Assembly: GCA_963717505.1 (NCBI GenBank)
Contig: OY970342.1
Location: 576,001-640,000 of the forward strand
Direction of reading: 5' to 3'
DNA length: 64,000 bases
Origin: Candidatus Eiseniibacteriota bacterium
Lineage (GTDB): Bacteria; Eisenbacteria; RBG-16-71-46
This document shows positions 20,330 through 29,513 of this stretch, in pieces. Position numbers and translations under genes: made by a program. Below the pieces are notes generated by a model that ran no database searches, had not been told where the DNA came from, and saw nothing but the letters and a program-made list of their open reading frames with translations. How positions within the stretch are numbered: position 1 is the first letter of the stretch; each line of letters begins with the position of its first letter.

Positions 20330-20461
20330 TTACGCTGCCAGGCGAATGTGCTGGTGATGTAGGCAGCCGAGAATCGGCAGCGCGACGAGCTCGCCTTGCT
20401 CCGGTCCTTCGACAGGCCGCGGCACCGGGCAATCCTTCTCGATCCCCAGGTGCGTCCGCTC
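20330..20461 (-). mobile_element. Integrase-core (rve-type) transposase C-terminal remnant
   Basis: Manual translation ERTHLGIEKDCPVPRPVEGPEQGELVALPILGCLHHQHIRLAA* resembles the RTH.GL.K..P......P.LGGLHH.Y.R.A terminus of integrase-core proteins. Confidence 0.7.
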
Positions 20462-20536
20462 GGCCGACCACCCGCCCGGAGGCACTCGGGCACGAGCCGC
20501 TGGGGGCGCGTGATCACTGATGTCGCGGGGCCGCCG

Positions 20537-20731
20537 TCACTCCGGCGCCGCGGCCCACGGTCCGGCCCGCGCCTCGATCCCCCGGCGCTCGACATGCACC
20601 AGAATCCCGCGCACCGCCTGGGGCTCGGTGACGACCCCGACGATCACCATCACGCCGCCGCAGCGCGGGCACACCTCGATCTCAACCTTATACAAGCGCT
20701 GCGGGCCCGGGTTGGTGCGCGCCCTCCATGC
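20537..20731 (-). mobile_element. IS91/ISCR-like transposase C-terminal remnant
   Basis: Manual translation ...QRLYKVEIEVCPRCGGVMVIVGVVTEPQAVRGILVHVERRGIEARAGPWAAAPE* resembles the CPxCGG.M.....I..P..I..IL.H...RAPP terminus of IS91-family transposases. Confidence 0.65.
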
Positions 20732-20804
20732 CCGGCAGTGGCGATCACGATCGGTGCCGGGGCCGTCCTCATCACGCCGCGTTGGGCCGAGGGGTAGCGG
20801 GGCT

Positions 20805-21482
20805 CTACTCCCAGCGAATCCACTCGACTTTCCTTGGTGTGTTCTTCATCGATTGCGGGCGTGGCGACAGGAGAACCGGTACCTGTGTCTCGTAGCACAT
20901 CTCGATCGGAATCCCGCGGAACGACAGGATCCCGAAGGTCGGCCCGGTTTCGCCCACGCGGTACTTTCGGATGAGGCGTGCGCTCGGCTCGCATAGAGTC
21001 GTGATTTCGAACTCGCCTTCGACGATGTTCGCGTCGCTGACCCTGATTCGGTAGCGCTTGAAGTAGGACCCGCTGATGACCGATTCGACGCTATCTTGCT
21101 TGGTCTCCCACAGGTAATGAAAGACGGTCGGCCCGGGAATCTCGACGAACGGCCGAAGACGAGTGCGAAGAGCGGCCAGGCGCGCGTTGAACAGCGAATC
21201 CGGGGGTTCGGAGCGCCCGTCACCCTTGCTCCACGCCGTTTGGATCGGTTGCTCGGGAGGCGTTCCCTTCATATCGAAGTAGATCACGAACGGGCCGCGA
21301 TCCGACTCCGACACGCAAGTGACGAGGAAGTACGCCTTCTGCTCCTTCTCGTCCCAGCCGAGCGGCTCGGCGTACTCCCAGCCGCCGTGAGTTGCCCTCC
21401 CTAGCGAGGGAAAGGCGAGGGCGGCCAGGATCAGAACCACCGCCATGCGGCGGCTTGCCGCCCATGATGCCACTGGGAACAT
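20805..21482 (-). CDS. Hypothetical secreted protein (start 21482 or 21446)
   Basis: 3' part of ORF 20805..22064, beginning just after the preT stop; hydrophobic signal peptide MAVVLILAALAFPSLGRA. Confidence 0.65.
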   Translation of the reverse strand: MFPVASWAASRRMAVVLILAALAFPSLGRATHGGWEYAEPLGWDEKEQKAYFLVTCVSESDRGPFVIYFDMKGTPPEQPIQTAWSKGDGRSEPPDSLFNARLAALRTRLRPFVEIPGPTVFHYLWETKQDSVESVISGSYFKRYRIRVSDANIVEGEFEITTLCEPSARLIRKYRVGETGPTFGILSFRGIPIEMCYETQVPVLLSPRPQSMKNTPRKVEWIRWE

Positions 21483-21487
21483 CGCTG

Positions 21488-22816
21488 CTACTGGTGCCCG
21501 GCCATCATCGGCGCGTCGGGCCGCACGGCAATTCCGAGCATCGCGCAGATCGCGCGTGCCGCGCGCTTCCCTTCCTGCGCCGCGTTCACGACTTCCTGCC
21601 CGCCGCTCACCGCGTCCCCGCCCGCGAAGACTTTGGGATTCCCGGTGCGGCCGGTGAGCGGGTCGGCCACGATGCGCCCTTTGGCGTCGACCTGAACCCC
21701 GGGGAAGGAGTTCGCGAGCGCGGGCAGGCGTGCCTGGCCGATCGCGAGCACGACAAGGTCGGCGGGCAGCTCGCGCCCGTCCACCAGCTTCAAAGCCGTC
21801 AGTTTGCGGTCGGCGCCGCGCAGGTACATGCGCGGTACCGCCTGTTCGAGCAGCACCACACCCTCGCGCCGTGCCAGGTCCATCTCGTGACGGTAACCGG
21901 GCATGTCGGCCGCGGTGCGGCGATAGATCAAGGTCACGTGCGGCACCCCGAGCTTGGCCAGCTCGCGCGCCACGTCGATCGCGGTGTTGCCGCCGCCGAT
22001 CACCAGCGCGTGCATCACGCCGGTCAAGCCGAAGCCGGGATCGAGCTTCATGCGCTCGATCCACGCGGTCGCTCCCATCACGCCCGGGCCGTCCTCGCCC
22101 TCGATCTCGAGCAGGGTGTCCGCGCCCAGGCCCGGCCCGAGGAACACGGCGTCGTAGTCGCGCATCAGCTCCGCACCCGGCGCGCCCGCCCCGACCTCGG
22201 TCCCGTAGCGGAGCTTGACGCCGAGCGACTCGATGAACCCGGTCTCGAGCAGCGAGCCCTCGGCGTGCATCTTGTACGGCGCGACCCCGGTGGTATTGAG
22301 CCCGCCCGGCATCGGCTTCTTTTCGAACACCGTCACCTCAACCCCTTCGAGCGCCAGGTAGCCCGCCGCCGCCAGCGACGCGGGACCGGCGCCGACGCAT
22401 GCCACCTTCTTACCGTTGCACGGCGCGGCCTTGAACAACCCCTGCGCGCCGCCGTTGGTCAACGCGGTCTCGACCGCGTAGCGCTGGAGCCGGCCAATCG
22501 GGATCGGCGGGTAACGCTCCCAGTCGTTGTAGACGCAAGCCCCGACGCACAGCACCTCGACCGGGCAGACTCGGGCGCACGAATATCCGAGCAGGTTGGC
22601 CGACAGGATCACGCGCGCCGAGCCGCGCACGTTGTCGGTCGCGATCTTGTGGATGAAGGTCGGGATGTCGATACCGGTCGGACAAGCCTCGATGCACGGC
22701 GCGTCGTGGCAATAGAGGCAGCGGTTGGCCTCGGCGACCGCTTCCCCGGGGCCATAGAGCGGCTTGGCGTCGGGCAGACGGCGTTCGAGACGTAGGGGCG
22801 ATAGCGGTCCGGTCAT
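21488..22816 (-). CDS. preT: Dihydropyrimidine dehydrogenase subunit PreT (GltD-like)
   Basis: EANRCLYCHDAPCIEACPT, CARVCPVEVLCVGAC, GAGPASL and GGGNTAID motifs; pyrimidine-catabolism context. Confidence 0.88.
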   Translation of the reverse strand: MTGPLSPLRLERRLPDAKPLYGPGEAVAEANRCLYCHDAPCIEACPTGIDIPTFIHKIATDNVRGSARVILSANLLGYSCARVCPVEVLCVGACVYNDWERYPPIPIGRLQRYAVETALTNGGAQGLFKAAPCNGKKVACVGAGPASLAAAGYLALEGVEVTVFEKKPMPGGLNTTGVAPYKMHAEGSLLETGFIESLGVKLRYGTEVGAGAPGAELMRDYDAVFLGPGLGADTLLEIEGEDGPGVMGATAWIERMKLDPGFGLTGVMHALVIGGGNTAIDVARELAKLGVPHVTLIYRRTAADMPGYRHEMDLARREGVVLLEQAVPRMYLRGADRKLTALKLVDGRELPADLVVLAIGQARLPALANSFPGVQVDAKGRIVADPLTGRTGNPKVFAGGDAVSGGQEVVNAAQEGKRAARAICAMLGIAVRPDAPMMAGHQ

Positions 22817-22835
22817 GGTGATTCCGCGGCTCCCA

Positions 22836-24161
22836 TCAGGCTCCGATCACGCCGAAGCTCTCGTCCAGCTTGCCGAGCGCTTCGTCGACCTCGGCGGTGG
22901 TCACGGTCAGGGGCGGCGAGATGCGCAGGCAATTGCCGTAGAGCCCGCCCTTGCCGATCAGCAGTCCGCGCCGCTTGGTCTCCTCGAACAGCGCCGAAAC
23001 CTTGGCCGGCGCCGGCGCTCGGTTCTTCCGGGTCTCGTCTTCGACCAACTCGACCCCTTGCATCAAGCCCATGCCGCGCACGTCCCCGATGGTGCGCGGA
23101 TACCTGCGCTTGAGCCCCTCGAGCCCGTCGCGCAGGCGGCGACCCTGGGACTCGGCGTTGTCGAGGAGGTTGCGGCGCTCGATCTCGCCGATCGTGGCGT
23201 TGGCGGCGGCGCACGAGATCGGGCTGCCGCCGAAGGTCGAGATCGTGAGCTTGGTCAGCGAATCGGCGATCGCCGGCGTGCAGATGGTCGCCGAGATCGG
23301 GTAGCCGTTCGCGATGCCTTTCGCCATGGTCATGATGTCGGGCTCGACCCCGTAGTGCTCGCAGCCCCACCACTTGCTGCCGGTGCGCCCGAAGCCGGTC
23401 TGGACTTCGTCGCAAATGAACACGCCGCCGTACTTGCGCACGATGTCGGTCGCGATCCGGAAGTACTCGGGCGGCGGGGTGACGAAGCCGCCGACGCCCT
23501 GGATCGGCTCGGCCAGGAATCCGGCGATCTGCCCGGTGGTCGTGGTGCGAATCAGCTCTTCGATGTCGCGCGCGCACTGGACCTCGCACGACGGGTACTC
23601 GAGCCCGAGCGGGCAGCGGTAGCAGTAGGGCGACAGCGCGTGCTTGACGCCCGCGACCTGGGTCGGCACCGAGCGCCAGCTCGCCTGCCCGGTCAGTGAC
23701 TGCGCCAGCATCGAGCGCCCCGAGTATCCGTGGCGCAGCGCGATGATCTCGGTTCGGCCGGTGTAGACCTGGGCCATCATCACCGCGGTCTCGTCGGCTT
23801 CGGTGCCGCTGGCGGTGAAGTAGCACTTGCGCAGCTTGCCGGGCGTGATGCCGGCGAGTTTCTCGGCCAGCTCGACGATCGGCAGCGTCGGGTAGAGCGT
23901 CGACACGTGGCCCAGACGATCGACTTGCGCATGGACTGCCGCATTGACCGCGTCGTTGGCGTGACCGACCGAGATCGTGAGGATGCCGCCGAAGAAGTCG
24001 AGGTACTCGCGACCCTCGACGTCGCGCACGCGCAGGCCCTTGCCCTCGCTCAACACCACCGACTGCTCGTAGTAGTTGGCGACCGCCGGGAACAGGAACT
24101 CCCGGTGTTTGGCGCGAATCTCGGCCGAAGTCGCGCCCTCGCCAGCCACTTTCGGGTTCAT
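22836..24161 (-). CDS. Class III PLP aminotransferase (beta-alanine/AGXT2-like)
   Basis: YLDFFGGI, SGTEADE, AEPIQGVGG, DEVQTGFGRTG and TMAKGIANG motifs; adjacent to preT. Confidence 0.88.
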   Translation of the reverse strand: MNPKVAGEGATSAEIRAKHREFLFPAVANYYEQSVVLSEGKGLRVRDVEGREYLDFFGGILTISVGHANDAVNAAVHAQVDRLGHVSTLYPTLPIVELAEKLAGITPGKLRKCYFTASGTEADETAVMMAQVYTGRTEIIALRHGYSGRSMLAQSLTGQASWRSVPTQVAGVKHALSPYCYRCPLGLEYPSCEVQCARDIEELIRTTTTGQIAGFLAEPIQGVGGFVTPPPEYFRIATDIVRKYGGVFICDEVQTGFGRTGSKWWGCEHYGVEPDIMTMAKGIANGYPISATICTPAIADSLTKLTISTFGGSPISCAAANATIGEIERRNLLDNAESQGRRLRDGLEGLKRRYPRTIGDVRGMGLMQGVELVEDETRKNRAPAPAKVSALFEETKRRGLLIGKGGLYGNCLRISPPLTVTTAEVDEALGKLDESFGVIGA

Positions 24162-24218
24162 CGGCTGCTCCCTCCTCTGCGCCGGGCGCCATCGAACGCC
24201 GCGCGAGCGCGCGACCTC

Positions 24219-24255
24219 AGTCTAGCACGGCGTTGGACGGTCCCGGGTGTAGACT
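24219..24255. promoter_or_regulatory. Candidate divergent -10 elements
   Basis: TGCTAGACT on the minus strand (24227-24219) and TAGACT on the plus strand (24250-24255). Confidence 0.4.
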
Positions 24256-24322
24256 GTCCGCCGGTTTCGGCAGTAACGACCGGGAAGTCGCGTTGTTGCC
24301 AGTAGCCCACGGAGGGAAAACC

Positions 24323-24913
24323 ATGTGTCCCGAAGCGAGACGGGTGCGCCAAATTCCCGTCGTGATGTCGGTCGCATTGATCGCCGGCCTGCTCGTCGCA
24401 GGCGTCGCACTCGCTGCCAGCAACACTCAGAAGAAGGCCGAAGTTCGGCCCCAGACGTTCAAGCCCGGCCCCTGCGACAACGCCAAATGCCGGGAGTTCG
24501 ACTTCTGGATCGGCGAGTGGGACGTGTTCACGTCTGAAGGCGAGGTGGCGGGCACCAACACCATCGAGCGGATCCTGGGTGGCTGCGTGGTCCACGAAAC
24601 CTGGGAGGGAACCAAGGGGTCGCGCGGCGAGAGCTTCAACATCCATTCGGGTGGCCGCTGGCATCAGACCTGGGTCGACAACCAGGGCTCCCTCCTTCTG
24701 CTCGACGGCGGCATGCTCCAGGGTCGGATGATCCTCGAGGGCGATGCCCCGGGAGCGACCGGGGGCACGATCCGCAACCGCATCAGCTGGCAGCCGCTGG
24801 GTGACGGTCGCGTCCGCCAGCACTGGGAGATGTCCGCCGACGACGGCGAAACCTGGAATGACGTGTTCATGGGCTACTACGTGCGCAAGGCGAAGACCGC
24901 GGACGGCCGGTGA
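24323..24913 (+). CDS. Hypothetical secreted protein (DUF1579-like)
   Basis: Signal peptide; EFDFWIGEWDV, WHQTWVDNQG and VRQHWEMS.D.GETW motifs. Confidence 0.75.
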   Translation: MCPEARRVRQIPVVMSVALIAGLLVAGVALAASNTQKKAEVRPQTFKPGPCDNAKCREFDFWIGEWDVFTSEGEVAGTNTIERILGGCVVHETWEGTKGSRGESFNIHSGGRWHQTWVDNQGSLLLLDGGMLQGRMILEGDAPGATGGTIRNRISWQPLGDGRVRQHWEMSADDGETWNDVFMGYYVRKAKTADGR

Positions 24914-25863
24914 AAAGACTCGGTCTCTGGATCGCGCTCGCGGTGGCGATCGCGGCCGCGGTCATGGTCGCCCGAGTTGCCAAGCGAAGTCAGGCGCCGG
25001 CGATCCCGGTGGCTGCCGCGGGTGCGCTCCACGAGCTGCTGGCGGCCGAGCGCTCGTTCGCCGGGACGTCGCTCAATCGCGGATACCGCGACGCCTTTCT
25101 CGAATGGCTGGCCGACGACGGCGTTATCTTCCGGCCGCTGCCGCGCAACGGGAAGGAGTTCATGTCGGCGGCCCCGCCAAATCCATCGACGTTGGCCTGG
25201 CAGCCGGCGTTCGCCGAAGTCTCGGCCGACGGCGATCTCGGGTACACGTTCGGTCCGTGGGAATTCCGGCCGCCGCCTGACAGCACCGGAGCGCCACCCG
25301 ATCCGGCGAGCATCGCGCACGGGACGTTCGTCTCGGTGTGGGCCAAGCAGCCGGACGGCGCCTGGCGCGTGGCGGTGGACATCGGCGCGACCCACGAGCC
25401 GCCCGACTCCGGCGGGCTCGGCAGCGACGTCCTCTCGACCGGGCCCGACCATGCGTGGGCGATGAAGACGAACGGCGGCGGACCGGCCGCCAATCTGGCC
25501 GCGATCGACGAAGCGTACGAGAGGGACGCGGTGCGCGACGGCGCAGGCGCGCTCGAAACCTGGGGCGCCGGCGACCTGCGTTTCGTGACCGAAGGCCGGC
25601 GGTTGGTCGCCGGCAACCCGCAAACCCGCGATGCGTTGTCGGGCCGCGGGGCGATCGTCGACTTCCACACTCAGGGCGCGCTCATTTCCAAGTCGGACGA
25701 CCTGGGCTGCACGTACGGCATCCTCGAGCGCGCGGGAGCCGCGGTGCGGCCGCGGACGGCGGCTCCGGACACGAGCGTCTACGTGCACGTGTGGCGGCGC
25801 GAGCAGGATACCGTCTGGCGCCTCGCATTGATCGTCGAGAATCCGCTGCGGCGCGGACCCTAG
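24910..25863 (+). CDS. Protein with tandem NTF2-like (DUF4440) domains
   Basis: LAWQP..AEVSADGDLGYTFGPW and G.FVSVW.KQPDG.W...DIG; second copy S.SDDLGCTYG...YVHVWRR. Confidence 0.8.
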   Translation: MKRLGLWIALAVAIAAAVMVARVAKRSQAPAIPVAAAGALHELLAAERSFAGTSLNRGYRDAFLEWLADDGVIFRPLPRNGKEFMSAAPPNPSTLAWQPAFAEVSADGDLGYTFGPWEFRPPPDSTGAPPDPASIAHGTFVSVWAKQPDGAWRVAVDIGATHEPPDSGGLGSDVLSTGPDHAWAMKTNGGGPAANLAAIDEAYERDAVRDGAGALETWGAGDLRFVTEGRRLVAGNPQTRDALSGRGAIVDFHTQGALISKSDDLGCTYGILERAGAAVRPRTAAPDTSVYVHVWRREQDTVWRLALIVENPLRRGP

Positions 25864-25906
25864 ACAGCGTGCGGCGAGCCGCGGCCCCTACGCCCTACGC
25901 ACGTCT

Positions 25907-25996
25907 CCACTCACCGGCGCCACACCACCGTTCGCCGGTGATCGGCCGCCATCCGCCGAAAAGCGCAGGCCCCAACCCCAAGAGCCGCCGTAGATT
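25907..25996 (+). promoter_or_regulatory. Triple LytTR-type direct repeat plus -10 box
   Basis: CCACTCACCG (25907), CCGTTCGCCG (25928) and CCATCCGCCG (25949) at an exact 21-bp period; TAGATT at 25991. Confidence 0.7.
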
Positions 25997-26082
25997 ACAC
26001 GTGGGCCCGGGGAGTGTGGGCGCAGGGGCGAGTGGATCGAAACCAGCCCGCACCCCGCCGACGGGCCGAACGGAGGACCGCC

Positions 26083-26466
26083 ATGAGCGTCGAAGCTGAG
26101 CAGACTCTGATGCGCGAGGAGAAAAGGGGAAAGAAGCGCCCCCATCGCACGAGCGGTGTCCTGTGGGGATTGTTCATGGTCGCGACCGGCGCCGTGTTCC
26201 TCTATCAGCGCCTGACCGGCGCGGACATGCCGAGGGTCTGGGACTTGTGGCCGCTGGTGTTCGTGGTCATCGGCATGAACCAGCTCCTGGATCGCAGGCC
26301 GGGATCGGCGGCGACCTGGTTCGTGTTCGCGTTCGTCTTCATGGCGGTCAACTTCGACTGGCTCGGCATGACGTACGTCAATTCCTGGCCCCTGTTCCTG
26401 ATCGCCATCGGCCTGGGCATGGTGATCAAGTCGATCACGGGAGAAGAGCGAGGGCGGAAATGCTAG
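26083..26466 (+). CDS. LiaF/LiaI-like transmembrane protein (DUF5668-type)
   Basis: GGAGG RBS; two WPL(V/F)..I.IG hairpins. Confidence 0.75.
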   Translation: MSVEAEQTLMREEKRGKKRPHRTSGVLWGLFMVATGAVFLYQRLTGADMPRVWDLWPLVFVVIGMNQLLDRRPGSAATWFVFAFVFMAVNFDWLGMTYVNSWPLFLIAIGLGMVIKSITGEERGRKC

Positions 26467-26759
26467 GTCCTCTCATGATGACGCGTGAGCGCGCGGCGTG
26501 GGCGACGGTGGTGGCTCTGTTGGCCACGGTCTCTGCCTGGCTGTTCGCCGGGACCCTCGTGCTCGGGTACAACATGATCGCGGTGCACGCGCCCGAAGTC
26601 GCCACCGTGATTCGCCTCGGACTGCGTGCCGCAATGGTGGTGGCGCGCGCCGGTCTCCCGGGAGCGGTCGTGATCGGCCTCGGGGCGATCCTGGTCGCGG
26701 GTATCCTGTACGAGCGCCGGGAAGAGCCAGCCGAGTCCGTGGAGGTGCGTCGTGCCTGA
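26460..26759 (+). CDS. Small membrane protein
   Basis: Hydrophobic ORF overlapping both neighbours in operon fashion. Confidence 0.55.
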   Translation: MLGPLMMTRERAAWATVVALLATVSAWLFAGTLVLGYNMIAVHAPEVATVIRLGLRAAMVVARAGLPGAVVIGLGAILVAGILYERREEPAESVEVRRA

Positions 26760-27489
26760 ATTCAAATTCGTCCATGACCCGACCGAAAAGCACGGAGCTG
26801 CCCGCTTCCGCTGGACCGGCCGCCTCATCTTCGGATTGGTGATCATCACCCTGGGGGTCCTGTTCACCCTCGACAATCTCGACCTGATCCAGTCGGGCGA
26901 CATCCTGCTCTGGTGGCCGCTGGCCCTCGTCGCGGTCGGCGTTGCCAAGACCATCGGCGCGGGAACGGTCCAGAAGCCCGTGTTCGGAATCATCCTCGGA
27001 CTGGTCGGCATCTGGTGGTTGCTCAGCAACCTCGGCTACGTCGAGATCGAGCCCTGGGATGTCTGGCCGGTGTTCCTGATCGCGGCCGGCATCATGATCG
27101 TGATCCGTTCGACGCGAGCCCACGTGCCTCAGGAGGGCTCGCTGGAACCCGATTCGCGTATCAGCGCGTTCGCGTTCATGTCGGGCACCGAGCGTAAGAT
27201 CTCGTCGCAGGAATTCCAGGGCGGCGACGTCACGGCCATCATGGGCGGCCACGACCTCGACCTGCGCCAGGCCAAACCGGCCGGCGGTACGTGCGTGATC
27301 GACTTGCTGGTGTGGTGGGGCGGCGTGGACCTGCTGGTTCCGGACGATTGGAAGGTCACGACTGACGGTCTGGCCATCATGGGCGCCATCGAGGACTCGA
27401 CTCGGGCGCCGAGCGGCGAAGCCCGTGGTCATCTGATCCTTCGCGGCCTCGTCGTCATGGGTGGCGTCGAGGTCAAGAACAAGAAGTAG
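26752..27489 (+). CDS. LiaF-like membrane protein (TM domain plus DUF2154-like C-terminus)
   Basis: GL.II.LG.LFTLDNL, WWP, F.GGDVTAIMGG..LDLRQA, GGVDL.VP.DW and MGGVEVKN motifs. Confidence 0.8.
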   Translation: MPEFKFVHDPTEKHGAARFRWTGRLIFGLVIITLGVLFTLDNLDLIQSGDILLWWPLALVAVGVAKTIGAGTVQKPVFGIILGLVGIWWLLSNLGYVEIEPWDVWPVFLIAAGIMIVIRSTRAHVPQEGSLEPDSRISAFAFMSGTERKISSQEFQGGDVTAIMGGHDLDLRQAKPAGGTCVIDLLVWWGGVDLLVPDDWKVTTDGLAIMGAIEDSTRAPSGEARGHLILRGLVVMGGVEVKNKK

Positions 27490-27538
27490 TCCTCACCGAC
27501 TGAACTGAGGCCCTCATGACCGGCAAGGGACGATAGCC

Positions 27539-28690
27539 GTGCATCCTCTGCTCCAGGGACGACTCCGGCCGCTGCTCTACTCCGTGATCTGGGTCGGGAT
27601 CGGCGGAATGATGACCGCGCTCTTCCTGCTGGTGCGGCCGCGTCCGATTCCCGACGCGCTGATCTTCGCCGGCCCGCTCAGCCTGGTCTACGGCTCCGTG
27701 TGCCTATCCGCCTGGTGGGTGTGCAAGACAAATCCCATCGGCGAGGCGGCGCCGTGGCGCATCGTGGTCTCCGGATTCGGCGCCGCAGTCCAGGCGAGTG
27801 CCGTGTGGGTGGGGATGGGAACTCTGTGGGGGGTTCTGCTGTCGCGCGCCGGGATCGGCGATCGCGGCACCATCCTGGCCGACGTCGTCGTGCTCGGCAT
27901 CGCGGGCGTCGTGCTCTACGCCGAATCGCTCGCCGCCCACTACTTCCTGCAGGTGTTCGACGCCGTCAGCCAGGCGCAGCGCCGAGTGCTGGCGTCGCAA
28001 GTCGAGGCGCGCGAAGCCGAGTTGCGCGCGCTGCGAGCACAGATCAATCCGCACTTCCTGTTCAACAGCCTGAACTCGATCAGCGCGCTGACCGGCTCGG
28101 ACCCCGAAGCTGCGCGGCGCATGTGCCAACTACTCGGCGACTTCCTGCGCACCAGCCTGACCCTGGGTGGCCGCGAGCACGTCACGCTCGCCGAGGAGAT
28201 CGGCCTGGCCGAGCGTTACCTCGCGATCGAGCAGGTGCGTTTCGGCGAGCGGCTGCAGGTGCAGCGCGAGGTCGAGACGTCTGCGCTGCGCTGCATCGTG
28301 CCGCCGCTCCTGATCCAGCCGCTGATCGAGAATGCGGTCAAGCACGGGGTCGCGGATCGGGTCGAAGGCGGAACCATTCGCATTGCCGCACGCCGGCGCG
28401 ATAACCTGCTCGAGGTCGCGGTCGAGAACCCGCGCGATCCCGAGGCCCCGCCCCGCCGGGGCGCCGGCGTCGGACTCGACAACGTACGGCGTCGGCTCGA
28501 AACCCTCGACCCGCAGCACTCACGCGTCGACGTCACCAAGGAACCCGAGCGTTTTCAGGTCGTGATCACCATGTCCGCCCACGAAGACGAAACTCCGAGT
28601 CGTGTGACAGCCGCCCCGGACGACCGGCCGGGCGGGACCGCCACCGCGGTTCCCGTGGTTCCGCCGGTCGAGCAGGTGCGCCGTGCCTGA
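27539..28690 (+). CDS. LytS-family sensor histidine kinase
   Basis: ELRALRAQINPHFLFNSLNSI, YL.IEQVRFG.RL, QPLIENAVKHG and GVGL.NV..RL motifs. Confidence 0.92.
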   Translation: MHPLLQGRLRPLLYSVIWVGIGGMMTALFLLVRPRPIPDALIFAGPLSLVYGSVCLSAWWVCKTNPIGEAAPWRIVVSGFGAAVQASAVWVGMGTLWGVLLSRAGIGDRGTILADVVVLGIAGVVLYAESLAAHYFLQVFDAVSQAQRRVLASQVEAREAELRALRAQINPHFLFNSLNSISALTGSDPEAARRMCQLLGDFLRTSLTLGGREHVTLAEEIGLAERYLAIEQVRFGERLQVQREVETSALRCIVPPLLIQPLIENAVKHGVADRVEGGTIRIAARRRDNLLEVAVENPRDPEAPPRRGAGVGLDNVRRRLETLDPQHSRVDVTKEPERFQVVITMSAHEDETPSRVTAAPDDRPGGTATAVPVVPPVEQVRRA

Positions 28691-29477
28691 TCGCATCCGC
28701 GCGGTCATCGTGGACGACGAGGCCCCGGCACGCTCGTTGTTGCGCGAGTACCTGAGCGCCCACGACGACGTCGAGATTGTCTGCGAGTGTATGAACGGCT
28801 TCGAGGCGGTGAAGCGCATCGGCGAGGTGGAGCCCGACCTGGTGTTCCTCGACGTCCAGATGCCCAAGCTCGATGGCTTCGAAGTGCTCGAGCTGCTCGA
28901 TCGCCAGCCGGCGGTGGTGTTCGTCACCGCCTACGACGAGTACGCGCTCAAGGCCTTCGAAGTCCACGCGGTCGACTACGTCCTCAAACCGATCGGCCGC
29001 GAGCGGCTGGCCGAAGCGCTGGACCACGTGCGTGCGCGGCTCCAGGACGCCCGGGCCGAGTCGGGGAACCTGGTCCAGACCTCGGCGCCGGCGCCGCCGC
29101 GGACTTCGGCCACCGCGCTGGCCGCGGCCGCGCGGCCTCCCGGGCAATACCTGGAGCGGGTGCTGGTCAAGGACGGAACCAACGTGCACGTGATTCCGGT
29201 CGAGCGCGTGGATTGGATCGAGGCCCAGGACGACTACGTCGGCATCCATGCCGAAGGACGCACGCACTTGAAGTCACAGACGCTCGGCGACCTCGAGGTC
29301 GCCATGGATCCGGGCCGCTTCGTGCGCGTCCACCGGTCGTATCTGCTCAATGTCGACCGCCTGGCACGACTCGAATTGTATGCAAAGGACAGCCGAGTCG
29401 CGATTCTCAAGGACGGGAGCCAAATGCCGGTGAGCCGGGCCGGGTATACCAAGCTCAAGGAAATGCTGGACGCCTGA
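28683..29477 (+). CDS. LytTR-family response regulator
   Basis: IVDDE, FLDVQMP, FVTAYDEYA and FVRVHRSY motifs. Confidence 0.93.
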   Translation: MPDRIRAVIVDDEAPARSLLREYLSAHDDVEIVCECMNGFEAVKRIGEVEPDLVFLDVQMPKLDGFEVLELLDRQPAVVFVTAYDEYALKAFEVHAVDYVLKPIGRERLAEALDHVRARLQDARAESGNLVQTSAPAPPRTSATALAAAARPPGQYLERVLVKDGTNVHVIPVERVDWIEAQDDYVGIHAEGRTHLKSQTLGDLEVAMDPGRFVRVHRSYLLNVDRLARLELYAKDSRVAILKDGSQMPVSRAGYTKLKEMLDA

Positions 29478-29513
29478 TCGGCCGCAGTTCGAACGCGGCC
29501 CGCCCCGCGAACG

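Noticed and set aside
21488-22816. Glutamate synthase small subunit (gltD)
   Set aside because: There is no gltB, and the pyrimidine-catabolism context plus preA favours PreT.
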